Of a stretch of DNA of 64,000 bases, positions 56,612 to 64,000 are shown one piece after another. A model generated the notes under the pieces. That model was not told the origin of the DNA. It saw only the letters and a list, made by a program, of their open reading frames with translations, and searched no databases. The DNA is from Candidatus Poribacteria bacterium. GTDB taxonomy: Bacteria; Poribacteria; WGA-4E; WGA-3G. The stretch spans positions 1,472,001 to 1,536,000 of the forward strand of contig OZ242029.1 of NCBI GenBank assembly GCA_965205015.1. The letters run 5' to 3'. Positions within the stretch are counted from its first letter, which is position 1; each line of letters opens with the position of its first letter. A program made the translations under genes and the position numbers.

Positions 56612-56668
56612 CCTTGTGACGTTATGTCGTATTTTAACGGGGGTAAGGTTGCATAAAATGCAATTTTA
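56612..56668 (-). promoter_or_regulatory. Putative ECF-sigma (autoregulatory) promoter, copy 1
   Basis: Minus strand CATTTTATGCAACCTTACCCCCGTTAAAATACGACATAACGTCACAAGG: TGCAAC-N18-CGAC, an AAC/CG-type ECF arrangement. Confidence 0.7.
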
Positions 56669-56904
56669 TCTAAAATTTTTTTGTTGTGGGAAAAAAATAA
56701 AGGAAGATGTCTGTGGACTATCGTATCTTTAATCAATACCACCAACTTTCATGCGCCAGTGGTGCGCGATTGAGCGTATCCCGATATGTCCGCCATTAAG
56801 GAATTGCTGAAGGTGTTCGGTCCCTTTCGCGAGTTGATAGATGTGTTGCAGACGCGCTGTTACGATCTCCCGCTGCGAGGTTCCGCCACCAAATCGCCAA
56901 TATT

Positions 56905-56959
56905 GTCGGGAATCGGAGTTCCCTCCTACAGAAGAGAGGCGAGGTTGGGAAACCTCGCC
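56905..56959. repeat. REP-like palindromes
   Basis: GTCGGGAATCGGAGTTCCCTCCTAC and GGCGAGGTTGGGAAACCTCGCC. Confidence 0.65.
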
Positions 56960-56979
56960 AGCGAAGGAGGTGCGTTTAT

Positions 56980-58499
56980 CAAAACCTCCGAGTCTAAAAC
57001 CCCCTGCTTCAGCTGGGGGATACAGACTCGCTTTTGTGGACAGGGCCACGGGGTTATCTGTGAAAATTAATGTGCTTTTGCAGGCAAATCGTGGTATAAT
57101 GAAAGTATCGTATGAGGACCGGCATTATCAGCGTTACGGACTTGGGAGCGTGTCGGTTCCACCCACTGAGAAGGGGTAAAAGATGCGATATGCGAGAATC
57201 CAGCAATGCCGAAGTTTCACCGCACCGATATCCTGAAAATAGAACCTCAACCGATATATGCTGAGATCAATGAGGCGTCGGGGTCTGTATGGAACGAGTG
57301 TCTCTCTCAAATGTCAATGTATCAGTGGCACCGTGGGTATCCTCACGCGTGGGACTTTTTCTACTTTGGTCCGGAGTGTGAAGGCTGGATTGATAAAAGG
57401 CTTACCAAATCCCAACCTTTGCATTCACAAAGTATTCAAGCTGTTCGTGAACGTTACTTTAAATCTTGGGAGTCCTATCGTATTCTGAAAAAGGGTAACC
57501 CAACTGCGAGACCCCCACGGAAGCCGAAACGCTTTTTGACGACCCGTTGGAAAAAATCAGCGATTCGCTTTCAAGACGGCTGCGTCTCTCTGTCAATGGG
57601 ACTGGGTAGAGATCGCCTCTGTATCCCTTTGCCTTCCAACTTCAATATGTCCAAAACGGAGCAGATTGCGACGATTGATTTGGTCTACACCTTCGGTCAA
57701 TGGGAACTCCATTTCTCCTATAGATACGAACTGGAAAAGACCGAAACAGGTAAAGGGGTTGTCGGCGTTGATATTGGTGAAATACACCCGATTGTGAGTC
57801 ATGACGGAACAGACACACGGATTTTCAATGGACGGTATATCCGCTCGCTCTATCGCCATAGAAACAAAGTGATTGCCGAGTTCAGTCAAGCCATCAGTCG
57901 GTGTAAACGCCATTCGAAACGCTGGTGGAAACTCACGCGTCGGAAGTGGAAATGTATCAAAAAGATTGACAATCAGCTTAAAGATGCGTTGCATCAACAT
58001 ACCTGTAAGTTTCTAAAGTATTGCAACCTCAAAGGCATCGGCACGATTGTGCTTGGCGACCTCACCGGTATCCGTCATCGCATTCACTACGGAAAACGTG
58101 CCAACCAGAAACTTCACCAGTGGGCTTTTGGTAAAATCACAGCATTGCTAACCTACAAAGCGAAGGTGTTTGGTATCAAGGTTGTGCAGATTGACGAAGC
58201 CTACACCTCACAAACTTGCCCAAGCTGTGGCAATCGGAAGAAACCTACAAATCGGACCTATACCTGCCCCTGCGGGTTCAAATACCATCGCGACGGTGTA
58301 GGTGCTATCAATATCAGAGCAAAGTATCTGGGACACTTTGGTGTCCCCGTAGTGGCGGACATGGACCTGCGAACCATGAAGATGACACCGCCCTTGGGCT
58401 TTCGATTGAAAGTCCCTGTTGCCTCGTCTTAGACGCGAGGAATGTTCCTACAAGGAACAAAAGAACCCCTGGTTTCCTTTAGGCTTGGGAGTATGTCAG
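56980..58499 (+). mobile_element. IS200/IS605-family tnpB-only (IS1341-like) element
   Basis: Left-end hairpin AAAACCCCCTGCTTCAGCTGGGGG downstream of TTTAT; right-end GAACCCCTGG..TTTAGGCTTGGGAGTATGTCAG; no tnpA. Exact ends are inferred. Confidence 0.75.
57206..58432 (+). CDS. tnpB: RNA-guided endonuclease TnpB
   Basis: LHSQSIQA, RuvC-I GVDIG, IVLGDL, IDEAYTSQTCPSCG zinc finger, CPCG, RuvC-III HRDGVGAINI. Confidence 0.95.
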   Translation: MPKFHRTDILKIEPQPIYAEINEASGSVWNECLSQMSMYQWHRGYPHAWDFFYFGPECEGWIDKRLTKSQPLHSQSIQAVRERYFKSWESYRILKKGNPTARPPRKPKRFLTTRWKKSAIRFQDGCVSLSMGLGRDRLCIPLPSNFNMSKTEQIATIDLVYTFGQWELHFSYRYELEKTETGKGVVGVDIGEIHPIVSHDGTDTRIFNGRYIRSLYRHRNKVIAEFSQAISRCKRHSKRWWKLTRRKWKCIKKIDNQLKDALHQHTCKFLKYCNLKGIGTIVLGDLTGIRHRIHYGKRANQKLHQWAFGKITALLTYKAKVFGIKVVQIDEAYTSQTCPSCGNRKKPTNRTYTCPCGFKYHRDGVGAINIRAKYLGHFGVPVVADMDLRTMKMTPPLGFRLKVPVASS

Positions 58500-58519
58500 G
58501 CTCCTAATAATCGGCAATA
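58350..58519 (+). ncRNA. Putative omega/reRNA of TnpB (scaffold plus ~20-nt flanking guide)
   Basis: Stacked hairpins over the tnpB 3' end and right end (GGGCTTTC..GAAAGTCC, CCTCG..CGAGG, TGTTCC..GGAACA, RE hairpin); position follows the established TnpB architecture; 5' boundary approximate. Confidence 0.6.
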
Positions 58520-59601
58520 GAGCCATCCGCCAATCGACTGTTGGGCCAGGTGAAACGTCTATCCTCTTCCTGTCCGACTTCAATCACTTTTGCCTCATCA
58601 ACGGTAACTCCTAAGCCAGGTCCCTCTGGAAGCGAAACGTAACCCTCTTCGTCCATCTCCCACGCTTTGTGGGCAACGCCATCTGGAAGGACGTTCTCAT
58701 AACCCTCGTGGATCAGGAAAAACGGCACAGCGGCGGATAAGTGCAAACTCGCGGTGAGACCGAGGTAGGACATCGTGCAATGCGGTGCGATCGGGACATG
58801 ATGCGCCTCTGCGAGTGCGGCGACCTTTTTGACCTGTGTGATACCGCCGCCGTGTCCAACATCGGGTTGAAGGATGTCAATGACTTGTGCTTCCAGGATT
58901 TCTCGGACCTCCCAGATTGTTCGGTCGCGCTCTCCTGTGGCGAGCGGCACAGGAACGGATTCCCGGATTTTACGCATCACTTCAATATTGCCCGGGACCC
59001 ATGCCTCCTCTAAAAAGAGGAGGTCGTCTGGCTGGAGATAACTCGCGAATTGTTTGACAATGGGTGGCGGTAGGCAGCTATGCGCATCGAACATCACGGC
59101 ACCATCGGAACCGACCTGATCCCGTGCATCCCGTACGCGTCGAACGAGATCAGCGATTTCATCGGGGGTGCCAGCAAAGGGTTTGGAGCCTCCCGGTCCC
59201 GTCTTAATTGCTTTCGGACTCGGATACTTCCAAATCTTATCGCGGCAGGGACCGCCGAGCAAGCGATAGACGGGTACGCCCCAGAGTTTCCCGGCAATAT
59301 CCCACAGTGCCATATCAATGGCGGAGATGGTATGCACCATCAAGCCACCGCCCCGGATGTTGCGATGTGCGCGGAACAATCGCTGCCAGTGATGCTCAAT
59401 CCGCGTCGGGTTTTCCCCGATAATCAACTCGGACAACGAACGCGCCAACGCACAGGTGACGGTCGTCTCCATATTGTTGATCTCGCCCCACCCCGTAACC
59501 CCCATGTTCGTTTCAATCTTGACGTAGGCTTTCACACCCATCGGAAAAGCCTCAAGGTTGGTCACTCGAATCTGTGAACCTTTATCTTCATAATCTGCCA
59601 T
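58504..59601 (-). CDS. Mandelate racemase/galactonate dehydratase-like enolase-superfamily enzyme
   Basis: GWGE, SAIDMALWDIAGK..GVPVYRLLGG, MFDAH, FLEE, ATGER, QPD..H.GGIT, APH, PGLG. Confidence 0.92.
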   Translation of the reverse strand: MADYEDKGSQIRVTNLEAFPMGVKAYVKIETNMGVTGWGEINNMETTVTCALARSLSELIIGENPTRIEHHWQRLFRAHRNIRGGGLMVHTISAIDMALWDIAGKLWGVPVYRLLGGPCRDKIWKYPSPKAIKTGPGGSKPFAGTPDEIADLVRRVRDARDQVGSDGAVMFDAHSCLPPPIVKQFASYLQPDDLLFLEEAWVPGNIEVMRKIRESVPVPLATGERDRTIWEVREILEAQVIDILQPDVGHGGGITQVKKVAALAEAHHVPIAPHCTMSYLGLTASLHLSAAVPFFLIHEGYENVLPDGVAHKAWEMDEEGYVSLPEGPGLGVTVDEAKVIEVGQEEDRRFTWPNSRLADGSIADY

Positions 59602-59805
59602 TTTTAATTTTTCCTTTTTTAATTTTTCCTTGCGGAGTAATGAAGGACGTTTGAACCGTTATGTGCGTTCCATCTATCCCTCCTCCATTTCATTACGGAC
59701 TACTGTTCCGTCAAACTTAAAATGAGAGGTATCTGCTTTGGTATCGGACGAGGGAACCTTTAAGAAACACCCAAGCAAAAACCTTGCGCCGTTGTTGCAG
59801 GCTAC
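59602..59805 (-). repeat. Composite dispersed repeat (CCGCAAGG-ended family) abutting the dehydratase start
   Basis: Minus strand GTAGCCTGCAACAA...TTTTTGCTTGGGTGTTTC...GTAGTCCGTAATGAAATGGAGG...CCGCAAGGAAAAATTAAAAAAGGAAAAATTAAAAATG. Confidence 0.75.
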
Positions 59806-60020
59806 CGTTTTGGTCTAATAAAGACACTATATAGCAACCCATAAGAAACCGTACATATCCTTATTTGTGTATCAATTCTATATTGCTTTTTATAGTTTGC
59901 AACGTCTGTGAAAGTTTGTCAAGATTTTAGAGAAATTCCGTTTTTCGATAGGTTTTGCCAACAGGATCTCCACAAACCGTCCTTGGAACACTTCAGTAGA
60001 AGGTACTTCACGGCACGTCC

Positions 60021-60728
60021 TCAAAATCGTTTCAAATTTCCCCACATTGTTGCGAGTTTCGTGTGAGGCGTTATCGACAATCCACCCTTATCTGGAATAC
60101 GGGGTCCTGTGATCTTAAGATTATCAAATCTTGTTGTGTAATTTGCGAGACCTAATCCAATCCTACCGGTTGGAAACTCAGGAAATCCATGGAGGGGTTC
60201 CAAAACTATGGGACCTAAGACTTGCTTCCCATTTATCCAGAAGGTTAAACGCTTTCCATGAACGCTCAATTTGATGGCTATCCATTTCTGCAATTTTAGC
60301 AAAGGGTGGGGTTCCTGATCATAGACCAAAAATGCTCTTCCATGCAAATCGCCACCGAAACATTGCACCTCTGATTTTCCGGGAAAATCTGTGTCACCGA
60401 CTTCACATACTACACCCGATGTTCCCATAATCCGAGCAGCAACTGCAACACCGCCAGGCCCATGTCTTTCGAGCGGTTTAACATCAAATTCAATGTCATA
60501 ATCTTCCCACGTCTCCTCTCCAATTGTAAGCAAACGAGTTATGTCTCCCTCGCTTATTGCCTGAAGCTCGCCATTAACGATTTCCCAAGTCCCGGGAGCA
60601 TCAACACCGAAAAGGACCAATTCTTGCCACCCGACGAGTTTCCCATCATCAAAAGTATATAGAGATGTTCCTGCCGAGGCAGAGAAAATAAGAAAAAGTA
60701 TCCCTAATCCGATAAGTCCCAATTTCAT
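60021..60728 (-). CDS. Secreted DUF1080-like beta-sandwich protein with conserved C-terminal motif
   Basis: ATG 60728 with GGAGG RBS, signal peptide, WEIVNG, WEDYDIEFDVK, GRIGL...FDNLKI; ends LSITPHTKLATMWGNLK. Confidence 0.75.
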   Translation of the reverse strand: MKLGLIGLGILFLIFSASAGTSLYTFDDGKLVGWQELVLFGVDAPGTWEIVNGELQAISEGDITRLLTIGEETWEDYDIEFDVKPLERHGPGGVAVAARIMGTSGVVCEVGDTDFPGKSEVQCFGGDLHGRAFLVYDQEPHPLLKLQKWIAIKLSVHGKRLTFWINGKQVLGPIVLEPLHGFPEFPTGRIGLGLANYTTRFDNLKITGPRIPDKGGLSITPHTKLATMWGNLKRF

Positions 60729-60921
60729 TACGATTTCCTCCAGAAAGTTTATTAAAGATTGTCTGACCAGTGCCCGGTCGTTTTGCATCTCGTGCGATAC
60801 ACACCCATTTAAAAAAGCCAAAACCACCAAGAGACATCAGAATCCTCTTATAATTAAAGATACTCTGTTGAAATGGAAAGGGTGCATATACGGCTTAACC
60901 GCAAGGAACATTAGAAAATTA

Positions 60922-60950
60922 TTGACTGAAAGGATAAAAATTGATAGAAT
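60922..60950 (+). promoter_or_regulatory. Sigma70-type promoter
   Basis: TTGACT-N17-TAGAAT, 30 nt before the oxidoreductase start. Confidence 0.65.
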
Positions 60951-60979
60951 CCTTGCTAATATAGAAGGAGGCTAAAGAG

Positions 60980-62047
60980 ATGGCAAACCAGACATATCGA
61001 GTTGGAATTATTGGCTGCGGCGGAATGGGCAGGTCCCACACCAGAGCATGGACCGCACATCCCAGGGCACAAGTCGTGGCAATAATGGACATCTACGAAG
61101 AGGCAACACACCGCATCACAGACGAGTACGATGTATCCGCTGTCTACACCGATGTTGACGAAATGTTAGCAAAAGAGGATTTGGACATCGTCAGTATCAC
61201 AACATGGCAGGGACCGAGGGCGGAAGCTACGGTCGCGGCGGCGAAGGCAGGTGTGAAAGGCATTATCGGCGAGAAGCCGATGGCAGCCTCACTCGGACAA
61301 GCCGACGCTATGATCGCTGCCTGCGAAGAGAACGATGTCAAGCTTATCATCGGCCACCAAGGCAGATACGCGCCGGCAAATATTGAAACCCGCAGGCTCG
61401 TCGCTGCAGGAGCGATTGGCGAACCAACAACCGTCCACCACAGTGCCAAAAGGCACGCAGGATTGCTGAACACAGGCACACACGCCATCGATGGCTGGCG
61501 TTTCATCCTGTCTGATCCTGAAACACTCTGGGTCATTGGACAGACCGCCCGGACGACGGATCGGTGGGAACGCCGTACGATCTGTGAGGACCTCTGTATG
61601 GGCTTGGTCTGTTTTGAAGGCGGAGCGCGCGGTATCTACGAAGGCGATCTGCCGGAACCGTCAGTCTCCCACCCCAGAATTGCTGGAACAGAGGGACAAA
61701 TCCGCAACGGACCTGACGGCACCCTTCTGCTCCAAAACGGGGACGCGAAGGGCTGGCAAACTATTACGCCACCCCCACAAACTAAAAATCAGTACGATGA
61801 ATTCATTGAATGGATTGAGGGTGAAATTCCTGAGCATCGCGGCAGTGGCGTTCAGGCACGCTATACGCTTGAAATCATGATGGCTATCTATGAATCTTTA
61901 CGGATCAAGGACGTCGTCACTATGCCGATGGAAACCAAAGCGTTACCGTTGGAGCTCATGGTTAACGATGGTACGCTTCCTGTCTTAGTAGAAGGACGAT
62001 ACGATTTGCGCAGGCCCTTTGAAGGGCAGACGTGGAAAAAGCCGTAA
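60980..62047 (+). CDS. Gfo/Idh/MocA family oxidoreductase
   Basis: GIIGCGGMG, EKPMA, GTHAID. Confidence 0.92.
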   Translation: MANQTYRVGIIGCGGMGRSHTRAWTAHPRAQVVAIMDIYEEATHRITDEYDVSAVYTDVDEMLAKEDLDIVSITTWQGPRAEATVAAAKAGVKGIIGEKPMAASLGQADAMIAACEENDVKLIIGHQGRYAPANIETRRLVAAGAIGEPTTVHHSAKRHAGLLNTGTHAIDGWRFILSDPETLWVIGQTARTTDRWERRTICEDLCMGLVCFEGGARGIYEGDLPEPSVSHPRIAGTEGQIRNGPDGTLLLQNGDAKGWQTITPPPQTKNQYDEFIEWIEGEIPEHRGSGVQARYTLEIMMAIYESLRIKDVVTMPMETKALPLELMVNDGTLPVLVEGRYDLRRPFEGQTWKKP

Positions 62048-62059
62048 AGGAGAAAATGG

Positions 62060-62539
62060 ATGGCAAAGCAGGGTAGACGCTCATTTTTAGTCTTTTCTAT
62101 AGAGTGGGCGACAGCGTTTATGGGTGGGATCCTAAGCCTCGCCGCCGGTATCCCGCTCATCGGCTTTGCGATTTCGCCTGCCTTCAAAAAAGGGGAGTCG
62201 AAATGGGTGGACTTGGGGCTCGCTGACCGACTCAAAAACAGTCGTTTTAAAAAGGTAGATTATACCTTCACTGCAAAAGACGGCTGGGTCAAAGCGACGA
62301 AAAAACGCTCTGTCTATGTAACGGATGCCGGTAACGGGGAATGGAACGTCTTTTCGCGAACGTGTTCACACCTCGGTTGTCTCGTCCGATGGGATGAACA
62401 GAAGGAATCTTTCCTCTGTCCGTGCCACGGTGCGGTGTTCGACAAGAACGGAATCGTTGTTGCCGGACCGCCGCCGCGCCCGTTGCAGAAACTCCAAACG
62501 AAAGTCGAAGCCGGCATTTTATACGTGAAGGAGACGTAG
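62060..62539 (+). CDS. Rieske iron-sulfur subunit of a cytochrome bc-type complex (QcrA/PetC-like)
   Basis: Twin-arginine RRSFL, TM, CSHLGC and CPCHGAVF boxes, GPPPRPL. Confidence 0.92.
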   Translation: MAKQGRRSFLVFSIEWATAFMGGILSLAAGIPLIGFAISPAFKKGESKWVDLGLADRLKNSRFKKVDYTFTAKDGWVKATKKRSVYVTDAGNGEWNVFSRTCSHLGCLVRWDEQKESFLCPCHGAVFDKNGIVVAGPPPRPLQKLQTKVEAGILYVKET

Positions 62540-63769
62540 ATGCGTCAATTTCTCAACGAACGTCTCCCGTTAGCGGAATTCTCTGCACATTTACGCAAAC
62601 CTTTACCGAAACACATCAATCTGCTTTTTTCACTCGGCAGCTTGGCGATGTTCCTGCTTCTGCTTCAGGCGGCTACGGGGGCATTTCTGGCGTTATACTA
62701 TTCGCCTTCACCGGAACATGCCCATAACGCGGTAACGTATATCAGCGAAGAGGTACCCTTTGGGTCATTCGTGCGCGGGTTGCACCATTGGGGTGCGAGT
62801 GCGATGGTCATCATCGTCTTCCTGCACCTGCTCCGTGTTGTGCTTTATAGTTCATACAAAGCCCCGCGTGAACTCACATGGATATTCGGCGTCCTCCTAC
62901 TGCTGGTCGTCCTCGGCTTCGGATTCACGGGTTATCTCCTTCCATGGGACGAGAAAGCGTATTGGGCAACGGTTGTGGGGGTCGAAATCGCGAGCACTGC
63001 CCCTATATTAGGCGATTTTGTCGCGAAGGTCTTGCGCGGTGGAACGGAGATAGGTGCGGTAACACTGTCTCGGTTTTACGCCCTTCACACGATCTGGTTG
63101 CCGTGGTTGGCTTTCGGTTTGGTCGGTGTACACCTTTTCTTCGTCCGATACTACGGGTCTTCAGGCACGCCACAGAACACCTCAGAAGAGATGAAGACAG
63201 GAAAACCCTTCTATCCGGATCAGGTCTTTGAAGACGTTGTCGGCATGCTAATCCTCTTTGTTGCTTTGGCGGCTGCTGCGTTGTTCATGTCTGTTCCGCT
63301 TGAAGATGTCGCCGACCCAACGAACGCGAACTACGATCCGCGTCCCGAATGGTATTTCCTATTCCTGTTCCAACTGCTGAAGTATTTCCAAGGTCCGCTC
63401 GAAATCGTTGGAACGTTTGTAATTCCGACGGTTGGTATGGTGCTTTTGCTATTCCTCCCGTTCTTAGATAGAAGTGAACGCGCCGTCCTCTGGAAACGTC
63501 CCATTGCGTTGACGGTCACGACTGTCTGTGTTGTGGCGATTGTGGGGTTAACGATTCTCGGTGCAAGTTCTCCTAAACTTGAAACAGAGGAAACACCGCA
63601 ACCCACAGAACAGGCCCAAAGCACTATGCCCGCGGATACAGAGATAGAAGCGGTTGAGGAAGGGGAAGAAGCAGTCTTTGATTTCCAACTCACAGAGGAA
63701 GAAATTGAAGGAACTGGAGAAGGAGAAGAGGTCTTTGATTTTCAGTTAACTGAGGAAGAATTACAGTAA
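62540..63769 (+). CDS. Cytochrome b (b6-like plus subunit-IV-like fusion) with acidic tail
   Basis: RGLHHWGAS, HLLR, TGYLLPWD, RFYALH, VHL, PFYP, RPEWYF. Confidence 0.93.
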   Translation: MRQFLNERLPLAEFSAHLRKPLPKHINLLFSLGSLAMFLLLLQAATGAFLALYYSPSPEHAHNAVTYISEEVPFGSFVRGLHHWGASAMVIIVFLHLLRVVLYSSYKAPRELTWIFGVLLLLVVLGFGFTGYLLPWDEKAYWATVVGVEIASTAPILGDFVAKVLRGGTEIGAVTLSRFYALHTIWLPWLAFGLVGVHLFFVRYYGSSGTPQNTSEEMKTGKPFYPDQVFEDVVGMLILFVALAAAALFMSVPLEDVADPTNANYDPRPEWYFLFLFQLLKYFQGPLEIVGTFVIPTVGMVLLLFLPFLDRSERAVLWKRPIALTVTTVCVVAIVGLTILGASSPKLETEETPQPTEQAQSTMPADTEIEAVEEGEEAVFDFQLTEEEIEGTGEGEEVFDFQLTEEELQ

Positions 63770-63856
63770 TGTTTTCATGGCATAGCATAACGTTCCTGAA
63801 ACTTTTTATGGACTCCATTCACAAACTGAAGATCAACGCAACAAAGGGAATATCTC

Positions 63857-64000
63857 ATGCCAAACATATATTCTGAGAGAAAATTTTTACATCTGATGGA
63901 CCCCAACGAAGAAGCAATATTGGTAAAAGATATTCTTAAAAGCCCACTTGGTCTCGCTTCAAAGATAATAACATCTCTTTTTGAGGAAAAGTTAACAAAA
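63857..64000 (+). CDS. Hypothetical protein, 5' fragment
   Basis: ATG after AAGGGA, open for 48 codons to the window edge (MPNIYSERKFLHLMD...). Confidence 0.45.
   Translation, partial: MPNIYSERKFLHLMDPNEEAILVKDILKSPLGLASKIITSLFEEKLTK

Noticed and set aside
56729-57179. ORFs upstream of tnpB as a tnpA transposase
   Set aside because: No HUH/Tyr or serine-recombinase motifs; the translations run across REP and left-end hairpins.
57206-58432. TnpB as a Cas12f-type CRISPR effector
   Set aside because: No CRISPR array or cas genes nearby; IS200/IS605 end hairpins are present.
1-64000. rRNA, tRNA, prophage or integron
   Set aside because: No cloverleaf or rRNA-like sequence, phage structural genes or integrase recognised by eye; a covariance-model search would be needed to exclude small RNAs.

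Overview
Bacterial chromosomal window. The gene mix (three sulfatases, three PhyH-type dioxygenases, TPR proteins, LamG proteins with a shared C-terminal K-x-x-x-x-W-G-x-x-K motif, dense palindromic and heptamer repeats) suggests a Candidatus Poribacteria-like genome; this is inference, as no rRNA or phylogenetic marker is present. The most striking feature is a minus-strand cluster at about 35.1-56.6 kb. It is headed by an ECF sigma factor fused to a peptidase-M61/PDZ module that has lost its zinc ligands (HExxH to YMVCC, EG to AG). Two intact M61 paralogues, a secreted double alpha/beta-hydrolase sharing the same ~190-aa domain, two LamG proteins and two duplicated ABC-permease pairs follow, and an ECF-type promoter is repeated in front of both main transcription units. 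Also present: a PhyH gene bracketed by 36-bp inverted repeats inside that cluster; a TlpA/ResA-like selenoprotein (UGA plus SECIS-like hairpin) that the ORF track splits in two; a tnpB-only IS200/IS605 element with a rearranged RuvC-II; a frameshifted FRG-TPR gene; an ABC-ATPase plus nuclease-like pair; an orphan MNT antitoxin; repeats inserted in frame in several genes; and a repeat family whose end forms gene start regions. No rRNA, tRNA or CRISPR array was seen. All calls come from reading the sequence; no searches were run.
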